A DNA stretch of 63,959 nucleotides, filler included, from Welwitschia mirabilis (lineage: Eukaryota), in assembly GCA_051453625.1 (NCBI GenBank). It is 8 parts of one record of this genome, joined end to end, with 100 filler letters (N's around TTAATTAATTAA, not from the genome) between each part and the next. Parts side by side here need not be neighbours in the genome. Positions count along the whole stretch, not along the records: positions 42,349 to 58,396 come from JBOZIK010000001.1; positions 58,497 to 61,664 come from JBOZIK010000001.1; positions 61,765 to 63,959 come from JBOZIK010000001.1; 5 more parts are not named here. One strand, 5' to 3'. The position numbers and the translations under genes are program-made. Every line of letters begins with the position of its first letter. The stretch's first letter is position 1. Of the stretch, positions 52,801 to 63,959 are shown one piece after another. The notes beneath the pieces were generated by a model. It was not told where the DNA came from, searched no databases, and saw only the letters and a list, made by a program, of their open reading frames with translations.

Positions 52801-55046
52801 TAGAAGAGGCAGAGAGATCTTAGGTACAAATTCTTACAGCTAGAGCTTCACTCAAGTAGATTTAGGCTCTCTTGGCTGAGATCACCAAGAGCATCAGAGG
52901 TTTTATTAACAGAGGGATTCAGCCACTAGATCAGAGGATCCAAGCTCTTGATCAGAGGACCTAGGTACTTGACTAGAAATAGCAGACATTTGAGTAAAGG
53001 ATCCTATCTATTGAGAAAAGAGTGTAGCACACTGAGGACTAGATTATTGACATGTGTCAACATGTTATTTTTATTCAATAGAGTGTGACAGTGGATATTC
53101 CTAAGGCTATATGTATTTAGGGCAATAAGATGATTAGATTAATCTTCACATCTTTGTACCTCTATTTCCCCATAGATCTTGAACATCCTCCCTTTCCCCC
53201 CATTGCTTTTGAGTCAGCTGCTNNNNNNNNNNNNNNNNNNNNNNNNNNNNNNNNNNNNNNNNNNNNNNNNNNNNNNNNNNNNNNNNNNNNNNNNNNNNNN
53301 NNNNNNNNNNNNNNNNNNNNNNTCTATTTCCCCATAGATCTTGAACATCCTCCCTTTTTCCCCTTTGCGTTTGAGTTGGCTGCTAAATCATAGTTTATTA
53401 TGCATCAATGAAGGGAGTGATTTTGTATTTATATCTCCCCTTCTATACACTTTTGTATTGAAATTTTTTTTGATTTTATATAGACACATTATTTTTATAG
53501 CATGTTGTACTAATTTGTATCTAATATTTTTTATGCCTATCTTTTATCTTTACATTTTATGATTAGGATTTATTTTACTTGGGTAATCTTTCTATTTCAT
53601 TACTATTTAATTCAGTAAGGGTCTATTTTACTACATTACTTGATTATCTGTAGAAATAAAAAATTTGTCATAGGTTCCAAATTTCAAAGACCCTTTTTGA
53701 GCTTATCCTTTCTTCTATCATCTAGAAGATGATCAGGACAAAAAAAATTGGTTAAGCTTTTGGTAGATGAAATGTTTAGTTCTTTTGATTTGTTAAAATC
53801 TAATATGTACCTCTATAAATTTTGAAAATCTTTTTGAGATGATTTTTTTAAGTATCCTAGCTATTTTATTGTTTAATAAGTTAACTCGCAAACATGGTTT
53901 ACCACTTAATTTTATTAGGGGCTGATAAGGCTAAGTAGGGGGCTATGTTATGTCACTAACTTACGTATATTTGATAGGATATTTTGAGTGGTTTTGTAAG
54001 TTAATAGATGGGTAAATGCTTAATTTCCATGATAATGGAGAGCTAAGATAAAATGAATGAAAACAAGCAATCTCCATGATGATTTATAATATTTTGAGCA
54101 ATTCTGAATACTTTACATTTCTGATACAACTTCCTGTAAAACATTGAGGCTGATTACTAATGGAAGATTTGTAAAAGGACATCATCCACCTCATCGTCCG
54201 AATAACTAAATAGATGACAAAGTAATTCAAGCCAACGGGATGCTGACTATAATCTATCTAGCAGCTAATTTGGATTATTTATAAAATGGCATCATCTCCT
54301 TTATCATCTAGATGATCAGTCGAATGACACTATTGTAACTTTTATACTGAGCACTCACCTAATTTTTGCTAACTATTTTCTATTTCTCTTAGTATGACCA
54401 TTACAATTTTATCCGTGCATGTCTATTTGTCTTATTATGTGCTTGTCTGTATCAATAAATAGTAATCTCATCCTTGACTCTTATTTGTTTTCATTTGCAT
54501 CTGAAATTATCATGACAGGAGATTGAAGGGCTAGAGATCCATTCTTGTAGTTACAGAGAGACATTTTTCTTGGTATTTAGTGATGTTTTCTCCATTGAGG
54601 TGCAGCTACTTTGTAACATGAATGTGGTTCGAGATTTAACATAAAAAAATTATTTTCTGATTTTAATGCTTATTTCTTCCTCACTCTTATAGCTTATGTT
54701 TCTTTTGATCTTGTGACAGTTTCCTTTGTGATATAGGTTATGAGAGCAACATTTGTCAAGGTTATAAATGATTAGTTTAGATTAGTTGCATTGTTATTTT
54801 CTTTTCCTAAATTAGTTATGCACGAGTGTGTGACATATTAGTTTCATGCATTATAAGTTATTTATGTAGTTAGAGTATAAGTATTTTTCCTTGTGAAAAT
54901 TAACTCTTCTAATTCCTAACTTGACCTTCAATGAATTATGATATTCGATCACTCCCATCTATATTAGTATGTTGTGTTTGGGCAAATATTTATAATTAAT
55001 AGAATTTGACTTAACTAAGGATGTAACATCACATAAATATGCATCA
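43826..55046 (+). mobile_element. Second Athila-like gypsy element, very AT-rich and decayed: gag end, protease, RT, RNase H, integrase, extra ORF (~51950-53130), PPT, 3' LTR 53946-55046
   Basis: Protease KFKDLGA..SLIDIRASVKAMP; RT WISPLMVVPKK, MCIDFRKVN, KDHFPLPF, IFMDDF; RNase H LIRWILLIQDF; integrase PWYVDIVNYL, SSFYWPSFF, GIDFIGP, AYHPQTNG; extra ORF LKWITYVHKSYYVSETREFYD; PPT AAGTAGGGGGCTA|TGTTATG; LTR ends ATGCATCA. Confidence 0.85.
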
Positions 55047-55213
55047 AAACAACTCCAAAAGCTGAGATGATCATGTTACACATCTAACGCAAGTTTTACA
55101 GGTCCTGAACAAGNNNNNNNNNNNNNNNNNNNNNNNNNNNNNNNNNNNNNNNNNNNNNNNNNNNNNNNNNNNNNNNNNNNNNNNNNNNNNNNNNNNNNNN
55201 NNNNNNNNNNNNN

Positions 55214-56180
55214 TGAATACTTTACATTTCTGAGACAACTTTCTATAAAACATTGAGGCTGATTACTAATGGAACATTTATAAAAGTGCATCATCCACCT
55301 CATCGTCCAAATAACTAAATAGATGACAAAGTAATTCAAGCCAACGGGATGCTGACTATAATCTATCTAGCAGCTAATGTGGATTATTTATAAGATGGCA
55401 TCATCTTCTTTATCATCTAGATGATCAGTCAAATGACACTGTTGTAACTTTTATACTGAGCACTCATCTAATTTTTACTAACTATTTTCTATTTCTCTTA
55501 ATGTGATCATTACGATTTTATCCATGCATGTCTATCTGTCTTGTTATGTGCTTGTGTGTATCAATAAATAGTGATCTCATCCTTGACTCTTATTTGTCTT
55601 CATTTGCATCTGAAATTATCCTGACAGGAGATTGAAGGGCTAGTGATGTTTTCTCCATTGAGGTGCAGCTACTTTGTAACATGAATGTAGTTTGAGATTT
55701 AACATAAAAAAATCTTTTCTGATTTCAATGCATATTTCTTCCTCACTCTCATAGCTTATGTTTCTTTTGATCTTGTGACAGTTTCCTTTGGCATAGAGGT
55801 TATGAGAGCAACATTTGTCAAGGTTATAAATGATTATTTTAGATTAGTTGCATTGTTATTTTCTTTTCTTAGATTAGTTATGAATGAGTGTGTGACATCT
55901 TACTTTCATGCATTATAAGTTATTTATGTAGTTAGAGTATAAGTATTTTTCATTGTGAAAATTAACTCTTCTAATTTCTAACTTAACCTTCAATGAATTA
56001 TGATATTCGGTTACTCCCATCTATATTAGTATGTTGTGTTTGGGAAANNNNNNNNNNATAATTAATAGAATTTGACTTAACTAAGGATGTTACATCACAT
56101 AAATATGCATCACAACAACTCCAAAAGCTGAGATGATCATGTTACACATCTAAAGCAAGTTTTACAGGTCCTAAACAAGC
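55214..56180 (+). repeat. Diverged direct duplicate of 54106-55113 (LTR 3' part plus flanking RT sequence)
   Basis: Colinear alignment across a 100-N gap with scattered substitutions and one ~45-50 bp deletion near 55643. Confidence 0.9.
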
Positions 56181-57667
56181 ATGACTTTAAAGCTAAATTA
56201 AGCAAATGTGACTTTTTATAGATAAAAATTAGCTACCTAAGTATGTCATTTTTAGTAAAGGAATTACAACTAATCCAGTCAAAGTATAAACCATGAGGGA
56301 ATGATTAGAATTAAAGAATGCCATACAAGTTTGAAGATTCTTAGAGTTAACTACATTTATTTAGAAATTTGTTCTAAGATTCTCTTAACTCACAACACCA
56401 TTAATAGATTTTACCAAATCAACATCTATATTTAACTTCAATGATAAATGCAAGGAGGCATTTATTAGGCTAAATTTATTACTTATAACTATACCTATTC
56501 TCAAAATTATAGACATGAATAAAGCATTCACAGTTACCACCTATGCTTCTACTCAAGTTATAGGAGCTATGTTAAGCCAAGATGATCAAGAGATTACTTA
56601 TGAACTACAAAAACTGAATTATCATGAGAAGAATTATCCCATTCATGATCTTAAATTGCAAGCCATATGCATGTCCTAAATGTCTAAAGACATTACCTAT
56701 TGAAAGGAGAAATCTTACTCAAAATAGACTACACAAGCTTGAAATATTTCCAAAAACATTCTCTTTTGAGTGTGCAATAGAGAAGACAAGGTAAATTACT
56801 TACAGAATATAACTTCAAACCATAATAAACCCTATAAAAGAAGAACAAAGTTATAGATGTCCTGAGTGGAATGTGGTGCATGTTAGCCATCACTATTATG
56901 TCAGATTTATTAGTTTTCTTTAAGACATCTAAAGCTAATGATTCATACTTTAGAGATATACATTACTTAATCTGAGAAGATAAATAAGTTGACACCTATT
57001 TCCTCTCATATGATGAGTACCTATTGAAAGGATAATTTTTTTATATTCCACATGATCCATGGAGAATGAAGTTAATGTCTAAATTGTATGAAGTTTCTTA
57101 TGTAGGGCATCCTAGATTCATTCAAAACTAACATCAATTGAGAAATCACTAATTTTAGCCCACAATAAAGGTAAACTTAAAGGATTATATTCATAATTAT
57201 CCCACTTATTCATAAATGAAGACTAATCAAGGAAGACCAACTGGACTTCTCCAACCCTTAGGGATATCAAAGTGGAAATGGAAAGAAATTTCTATGGATT
57301 TCATCACTAGTTTATCTTTCACTAATAGATAACATGATGTGATTTTTATTTGTATAGATAGGTTGATAAAGATAACTCATATCATTACAATAGAAAGCTC
57401 TAACACAACTAAGAAATTTATCTTATGATTTGTACAGAAAGTTTTTAAGTTATATAATACACATTAAGTTATTATATCTGATTAAGATAATAAATTTTTA
57501 TCTAATTTCTAGTAAAGTTTGTTCCATCACTTGGATACTAAACTTAGTTTCAATACGGTATATCAACTAGAATCAGATGGCCAAACATAAAGATAAATGA
57601 CATTCTAGAAGACATTTTATGATGCTATGTGGTTAGAAAACCCAAACAATGGGAGAACTACCTATAC
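56113..57667 (+). mobile_element. Chromovirus (Tekay/Del-like) gypsy pol remnant: RT C-terminal half, RNase H, integrase
   Basis: HVTHLKQVLQVL..AKLSKCDF; IGAMLSQ; HEKNYPIHDLKL; GLLQPLGISKWKWKEISMDFITSL; SDGQT; many stops. Confidence 0.85.
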
Positions 57668-58559
57668 NNNNNNNNNNNNNNNNNNNNNNNNNNNNNNNNN
57701 NNNNNNNNNNNNNNNNNNNNNNNNNNNNNNNNNNNNNNNNNNNNNNNNNNNNNNNNNNNNNNNNNNNATACCTCGCTAAGTCTACTTATAATCAGACTTT
57801 TTAGACCTTAATTTAATGTTGATTATTCAAATTAATATATGATAGGAATTATTCCATCCCTATCACATGATCTGATCCTTCTTAAAGATTAGAAATGGCT
57901 ATATGTTGCAATGCTAATTTGTAGAAATTTGATGGTGTATTTTGAGTGCTTTTGTAAGACATTTATATAGGTTTGGATGCAATACTGATGATTATGAAGA
58001 CCTGATAAAATGATCATTAAAACATGCAATTATTAGCATATTTAAAGGTTTCTCAGGCTTATGCTAATACTGCATACTTGAAAGAAGGATTCACCATGTA
58101 GTAGAGTAACTTACCTTTAAGATTGAAGATAAGGAAGCCTACCGTCCCCTTTGTCATTCTCATGATAGGTAGGACGACAACATTGTTGACATGAACAAAA
58201 GCTATGGGGTTGACAGCAGGTCATGAAGCTGTTGAAGTACTTTCTAATGTAGAGTAATGTCCCCTCTATCATCCCCATGATAGTCAGGATGATAACTACC
58301 TTTCTATGATTGAAAAGAATTATCTTTGTAATGGGGTCAAGTGACCCATTTTCGCTGTTAGGGTTTCTTTTTCAAATTCTAAAATTAAGGTTCTAGNNNN
58401 NNNNNNNNNNNNNNNNNNNNNNNNNNNNNNNNNNNNNNNNTTAATTAATTAANNNNNNNNNNNNNNNNNNNNNNNNNNNNNNNNNNNNNNNNNNNNTTCT
58501 ATGCCTTCTTTGAATGCATAAAAATGCCCTTTTCTTTCAAAAAAATATGAAAACACAAA

Positions 58560-58676
58560 CTCTTTTAGCCTTCTCGAGTTTTCGCCGAGTTTCGCCGGGT
58601 CTGCCGAATTTGGCTAACGAGTCCGAGTCCAGGTAGCCAAACGAGGTTGCTGCCGAGTCCGAGTTTCACAACCATG
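58560..58676. mobile_element. One end of a hAT-family element
   Basis: Terminus GAGTTTCACAACCATG resembles termini at 5619 and 18374; CCGAGT subterminal repeats; other end probably lost in gap. Confidence 0.6.
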
Positions 58677-59147
58677 CTTTAGCTTGTCAAACCTAAACTA
58701 TGAAAGGCCCTGAAAGAAAACAAAAGGTGTGTAAGTTTTGAATGAAATTAATGAGCATAAAAGTTATAAGCATAAAAGAAATGAGTAGAAAATCTTTCGA
58801 TCCACTTACTCAATCATCAGAGCGAGACAAATAACAGATTTTAATATTACAGTGAAAGTAATTTCTAAGGGATCAGTGTCTTCTGCAGAAATCTTCCTTA
58901 TGAAAATGTTTCCCACTAAGAGTGACTGTCTAATAAGGTGTAATCAAAACTGATATTTCTATGTTAGACTATTGATCAATCTAGATGGGAAGACCATCAT
59001 TTGATATGTAATTGTATCTCCAATTTGACTTATCTTCTGGATCATTTGAGTCTTGATGATGTCTAATCAGAATTTGACAATTTTATTGTAAATGATGTTA
59101 GTCTGAGAAAAAGTTTTGCTATAAAATTAGACATTTCGAGCTGATGG

Positions 59148-60419
59148 TGTTAGAAAATATTGACTCGAGTTTTTGCAGACAAAGCAAAGAAACAAAAATA
59201 CCAAACATAGAGAACAAAAACAAGAACGAAAAAAGGCAGCATAGAAGAATGTTAATAGAGATTACAAGCTACATAAGCCTTCTACATGGTATTTCCAGTG
59301 TCCTTTTTCTAAACAGTTTTCTTTTTCCTCACAAAGAGAACCCTCCTCCTTAGACGCATATAAGGATTGAAAGCATACACCTTTATGATAATACAGGTTA
59401 TTCCCAAATTGACAAACTTGAAGAGCTCAAATTGAGCTAGAAAAACGAAGTGAAATTGTGAAAACTGAAACTCCATCGCAAGTTTATGCATTAATCCACT
59501 GTGGAGAAGATAGTTAAGATAACTAACCTTATTAAGAGACTAAGACAATGTCTTTGAGTGAAACTTCCGGAAGCAAATGAATGAAATGATGATGCGTGAC
59601 AACATGAGAAAATCTGTAGAAAAGCCTTGATCGCAGTCGCAGCACTAATAGAACTTAAACAATCTCCTCCAATGATCAAGATGCTTGATAAAACCAAGCC
59701 AGGCGAACAAAGACTCATTGAGACTAATGGAGTGAGGAAGATTCTGGAAGCCAAAGAGCATAGGCAACATGCCTTCACTGATGGAAATGGCAATCTGGAT
59801 GCGACACTGGCTTTTATTGTGAATGTTGTGTGCCTGTCGACAAATCGTTGGAGCAATCGTTTTAATTTTTTCTCTAGAGAAGGCGACTAATCACCCTATT
59901 GCGAACCGACAACTAATCACCCTAAGAGCAGCCAAAAAAGAGTGGACGACTCTAAACGAGTTGATTGTAGAAGATCAGGGCTACTAGTCACTGTTTTTTT
60001 AAACCTTGTGTAGACTATAGCATATATCAAACTATCAACAACAGACGTATAAGGAACACTCGACATCTTAGCCTTTTCCTTCTCTGAAGTCAGACAATTC
60101 CTGAAAGACAACTCAAATTGTGAGCCAAGAGGAGTACCAACTAGCTTGCACTTAGCCTTGCTGAAGCATTTAAGAACCGTCCTCACATCTTCTGCTTGAT
60201 TAAGCCATAGCTTCCTGTTAGACTTGTCCCTACTAATCCTCATGCCAAGGATTTTCCTAGCAACCTCAAGATCCTTAGTGACAAAGGATCTAGACATCTC
60301 ATCCTTCAAATGTTTCATCTCCCTCTTGTCATTTCTAGGCGAAAGCACGTCATCAACGTAAAGCATTAGGATAATAAGCTTACTTAGTTTTCCAATGTTC
60401 AAGTATACACAGTAATCAT
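59148..60419 (-). mobile_element. Ty1/copia RT fragment with decayed RNase H and possible short 3' LTR (~59148-59333)
   Basis: DYCVY..ILMLYVDDVL..KDLEVARKILGMRISRD..VPYTSVVDSLIYAIVYTR in ORF 59917-60639 (left of the gap). The LTR/PPT call is weak. Confidence 0.75.
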
Positions 60420-60519
60420 NNNNNNNNNNNNNNNNNNNNNNNNNNNNNNNNNNNNNNNNNNNNNNNNNNNNNNNNNNNNNNNNNNNNNNNNNNNNNNNNN
60501 NNNNNNNNNNNNNNNNNNN

Positions 60520-61110
60520 AGAGGCAGTGCCATGTCGAATACGAGGCCCAATGGATGCATCTGCACTAGGTCTGACATCCACATCTATATCAATCTCATG
60601 TTCATCTGGCTGTAGCTCATAAGATCTTGCTATGCCCATACGAGGCCCAATGGATGCATTTGTTATGCCCTAACATTGTCCCAAACCCGAGGTCCTCTCT
60701 TTCTGAAGTTGTTTTTCTTCAAATGATTCTCTGAAGCAATTGTAGTTGCAACTTTTACTTCCTCTCGCACTATATTACAAGGCCTCACATCTTCTTTACC
60801 TAAGCACGCCAGGTGATATTTAAACCTGTTAATCCCTCCATAATTTTTTTTCACGCCACAAAAGCTGTAATATACAATATGCCCCTTAGATTCCATTGTC
60901 TCTGGATGATATATGACATGTTTCCAAGCCTAGCCAGGTTTGCTTTTTGTAAATTCATTTAACAAACATTGTTCTTCTTTTGTTATTGGAAGCAAACCGT
61001 CTGGGCCATGAGATCTTATGCTAATAGGGCCTAAATCAAAAACATTTGTAGGGTTTCGAGAAGAGGCATATGCTTTTGAAACTCTTAATTTTTTTGTTCT
61101 TGGAGACATG
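60520..61110 (-). pseudogene. hAT transposase N-terminal remnant (BED zinc finger)
   Basis: AWKHV..FCGVKKNYGGINRFKYHLACLGKEDVRPCNIVREEVK, characteristic of plant hAT BED fingers; stops and frameshifts. Confidence 0.75.
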
Positions 61111-61764
61111 TTTGTGGATTCTTGTTTAATTTGTTCTTCACAACTTCATAGTACAAATATTCTGCAAAAGCATAAAATAGGAAATAGACATTAAAAGACA
61201 TTAAAAATTTGACATTAAAAGACACTCTTTAAGTCCTTATTGCAACCAAAATCCAAAAATACCATCTCTTATTATTGTTGTACATATCCATGAAGTGACT
61301 ATTTACTTGCAAGGGAGGTTTAAAAAATTAATGTTAATTGCAATGGAAGTTGTCAAGTTGATACTCTATAGAAATACTGCGAGAAATTTCAAGACTTATA
61401 TACCCATAAGGAATTTCATTAATAATGAAGAACAACAAACAACACAAATACTGAAAAAGAAGAAGAACAAACAATAGAAAAAACAAAACTAAAAAAGGAG
61501 ATTAACAAACACTGTGAAAAACAAAAAAGAACAACAAACAAATGAACAATACAAAGTACAAACAAACTGAAATGACAAAACTGACTTGTAGATTTCACTA
61601 TGTCTATTCAAAGGCTGCTTTGCACTTGAAAAATTTCCTCTCCCAATTGAAAAGAAGTGAAATGNNNNNNNNNNNNNNNNNNNNNNNNNNNNNNNNNNNN
61701 NNNNNNNNTTAATTAATTAANNNNNNNNNNNNNNNNNNNNNNNNNNNNNNNNNNNNNNNNNNNN

Positions 61765-61812
<48 letters not shown>
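61765..61812. repeat. (AG)24 microsatellite, left end abuts a gap
   Basis: Perfect AG dinucleotide run. Confidence 0.97.
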
Positions 61813-61813
<1 letters not shown>

Positions 61814-63491
61814 CTCTAGATAGGGTTTATCTCATTGGGGTTAGAAATTTCATACCCTTACCCAAGGCCTATAATTATAGAAGATTTGAAGACACATTTC
61901 CCAAGTTAGACCACATACTAGCAGTAATTTGGAAATGATTGTTTAGCAAATTGATTCCTACACGTCGAGTGATAAATGCTTCCCCCTCCAAACACTGGCT
62001 ACTATAGGCACGAAACCACCAACTACCCTGGAACTCCTCAGAGAGAATTCAAATGTGACACACATGATAATGGTTTTAGTGTCTAATGAATGCATATGTT
62101 TAACATTATTATGGCCAGGAGTTCATGTGTTAATTCTCATACGTAGGCACTTAAATATTATTTTTAACCTAGTGTCTTTTCCTCTTAATGCTTCTTGATA
62201 TTTCTTTATGCACCTGATCTTTTTAGTTGATTTTCATAAAGCATCAACATTTTTTCAAAATTAGAGGTTTGGTTGTGAAATGGCTTCAGATTCATTTTGG
62301 AAGTTTTCTTTTCTGATATGTGAATGATAGCTAAATGATAAAGTATTTGAAAATTGATTTATATTCAATAGTTTACCTTGTTTTTCATGAGATAAATTTT
62401 TGAAACCATCATGCTCATTTTTTAGTGATATCTTTCAAATATTTTAGTCCACATTTTCATGTTACATTGGCACTGTTATTAGAAGTGGTTATGCCTCTTA
62501 GAAAACCTCTGTCAATGGTAAAGGAGAGTTGCTTAAAAGCTTTTGTGCCAAATCATACTATTGGTTTATAGGAAGTTTTAGAAAGGATCCCGTAACAATA
62601 CATTAAGCACGATTGAGTAAAACATGTGTTTTTGAATGGTTCAGGGGCATTGGAACTCTGTGAGATGCTTGATTCAAGACAAATACGGTATGTCAACATA
62701 TTCCTTTGTTGATGTTTTAAAAATCATTGATTTGTTTGTTACCATGTCTACTTAATTAGCACTTCAAACATATTAGATGGAAAGTGAAGCAATGATCTCA
62801 TAAAAATTTGTGAACTCATCTTATTTATTAATGTGCTACATGCATTTTTTCAGTAATTTCAGTGGTGTGTTCCAGGCATTTTGTTTGAAGCCATTGATAT
62901 GCTTTCTTTTTATTTAGTTAGATTTTGCCCTTCCCTTTTTGCTCTTTACCAATAACATGTGCTAGTATGTGTCGAACTTTATATAAGCATATGCATTTGT
63001 TTGATGGTTTGGAAGGATGGAGAGTTGTTGCATGACCAAGCAACAAGATTCTTATAACCTCCTTTCTCTCCACAAATGTTCTTACCAAAGGAATAAAATT
63101 TCTGATTTTGCTAGACATATCCAGCTCTCTAGACAAGGTATGAATACCAAATTTTATGTGCACTGTAGAAAACAAGAAATATTTATCAACTTGTTTGGTT
63201 CTTGCCACATTAAGGAAACATTCTTTGACTGCGAAATTTTCCTTCTATTGAAGTCTTCCACTTCTAGCCAATAGGAAAAGATTTTTCCACACATAGTTAA
63301 GCTGTCCAGATGGCTACCTGGTGGATCTATACTTTCCTAAGGTCTTCATCTACCTTCTCTTCTTGTTTTTCTTATTGCTTCTCATGCTTATAATCCACAT
63401 TATGAGTAGTCTTAGTGGATCAGTTAGAGGCCTGCCTTAATCTTGTCTAGATGAGGAGGCCACTACAAGAAAAAATGCATATTTAAATCCA

Positions 63492-63959
63492 GAGGTTTTG
63501 AAAGACCTAGATTCCTTGGGATTCACAATTAGACAAGAAATTTGTCTAAAACTCAAGAAAGGCACCAAGTGAAAGCAATAGCAAGGGAGGATGTTGGAAA
63601 ATGAAAAGGAAGAATTATAATTTAAGACTATTGTGACACATTGCTACCTCATTGCTAGGCAATGCTTAGTAGTGACACCTTAATTGCTAGTTCATCATTG
63701 AATGTGGTGAGGATCTACTTTTTTTGTGTACCATCACAACTTGCGTTGCCAGATGACAAGAAGTGGAAACAAGTTCAATACATATAAGTGTGTCTTGATT
63801 ATCTGGCATGGGCCCATATGAGGTTTTGAAAGACCTAGATTGCTTGGGATTCACAACCAGACAAGAAATTTGTCTAAAACTCAAGAAAGGCACCAAGTGA
63901 AAGAAATAGCAAGGGAGGATGTTGGAAAATGAAAAGGAAGAACTGCAATTTAACACTAT
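63492..63959 (+). repeat. Direct repeat (63492-63631 and 63820-63959) of a copia-like 3' end: pol terminus, PPT and LTR start
   Basis: Two ~140-bp copies 328 bp apart with few mismatches, each with AAGGGAGGA|TGTTGGAAAAT; no gap between them. Confidence 0.7.

Larger units (their letters stand above)
9443..61720. other. Seven artificial assembly linkers (N-run, TTAATTAATTAA, N-run)
   Basis: Identical 12-mer inside N-runs at 9443, 13516, 21074, 35904, 42293, 58441 and 61709. Confidence 0.95.

Noticed and set aside
9955-53400. Short direct repeats flanking N gaps (e.g. 9955/10134, 29655/30666, 36617/36777, 41204/41414, 47930/48360, 51448/51708, 53161/53323)
   Set aside because: Typical unmerged contig overlaps or haplotype ends; not treated as real tandem duplications.
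9443-61720. Recurrent TTAATTAATTAA palindrome as a biological motif
   Set aside because: Always centred in N-runs of fixed total length; an artificial all-frame-stop scaffold linker.
62572-62693. Exon-like segment with AG acceptors and a strong CG|GTATGT donor
   Set aside because: Translation does not resemble LST8 or any protein I recognise, and the longer version contains in-frame stops.
1-63959. Species assignment
   Set aside because: Features fit a large-intron land plant, but the sequence alone does not let me name the taxon.

Overview
Eukaryotic (land-plant) nuclear DNA from a gappy draft assembly with many N-runs and seven artificial TTAATTAATTAA linkers. Only one host gene is visible: two short + strand exons (6806-6907, 7004-7113) of LST8, the WD40 subunit of the TOR complex. 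I found neither the upstream nor the downstream LST8 exons, so the rest of the window is probably very large intron filled with nested, decayed transposons: several Ty1/copia remnants, two Athila-like Ty3/gypsy elements, a chromovirus-type pol, Sirevirus-like LTRs with palindrome arrays, a tiny solo LTR, several hAT MITEs and a hAT transposase fragment. The most notable object is a near full-length, intronless cytosolic enolase retrocopy (~1985-3288, minus strand) sitting in the same orientation inside a copia element, where the first part of integrase should be; it is a candidate for LTR-retrotransposon-mediated mRNA capture. I do not see a convincingly new biological system; the signals are TE and gene-evolution phenomena. 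All family assignments come from motif recognition by eye, without database searches.
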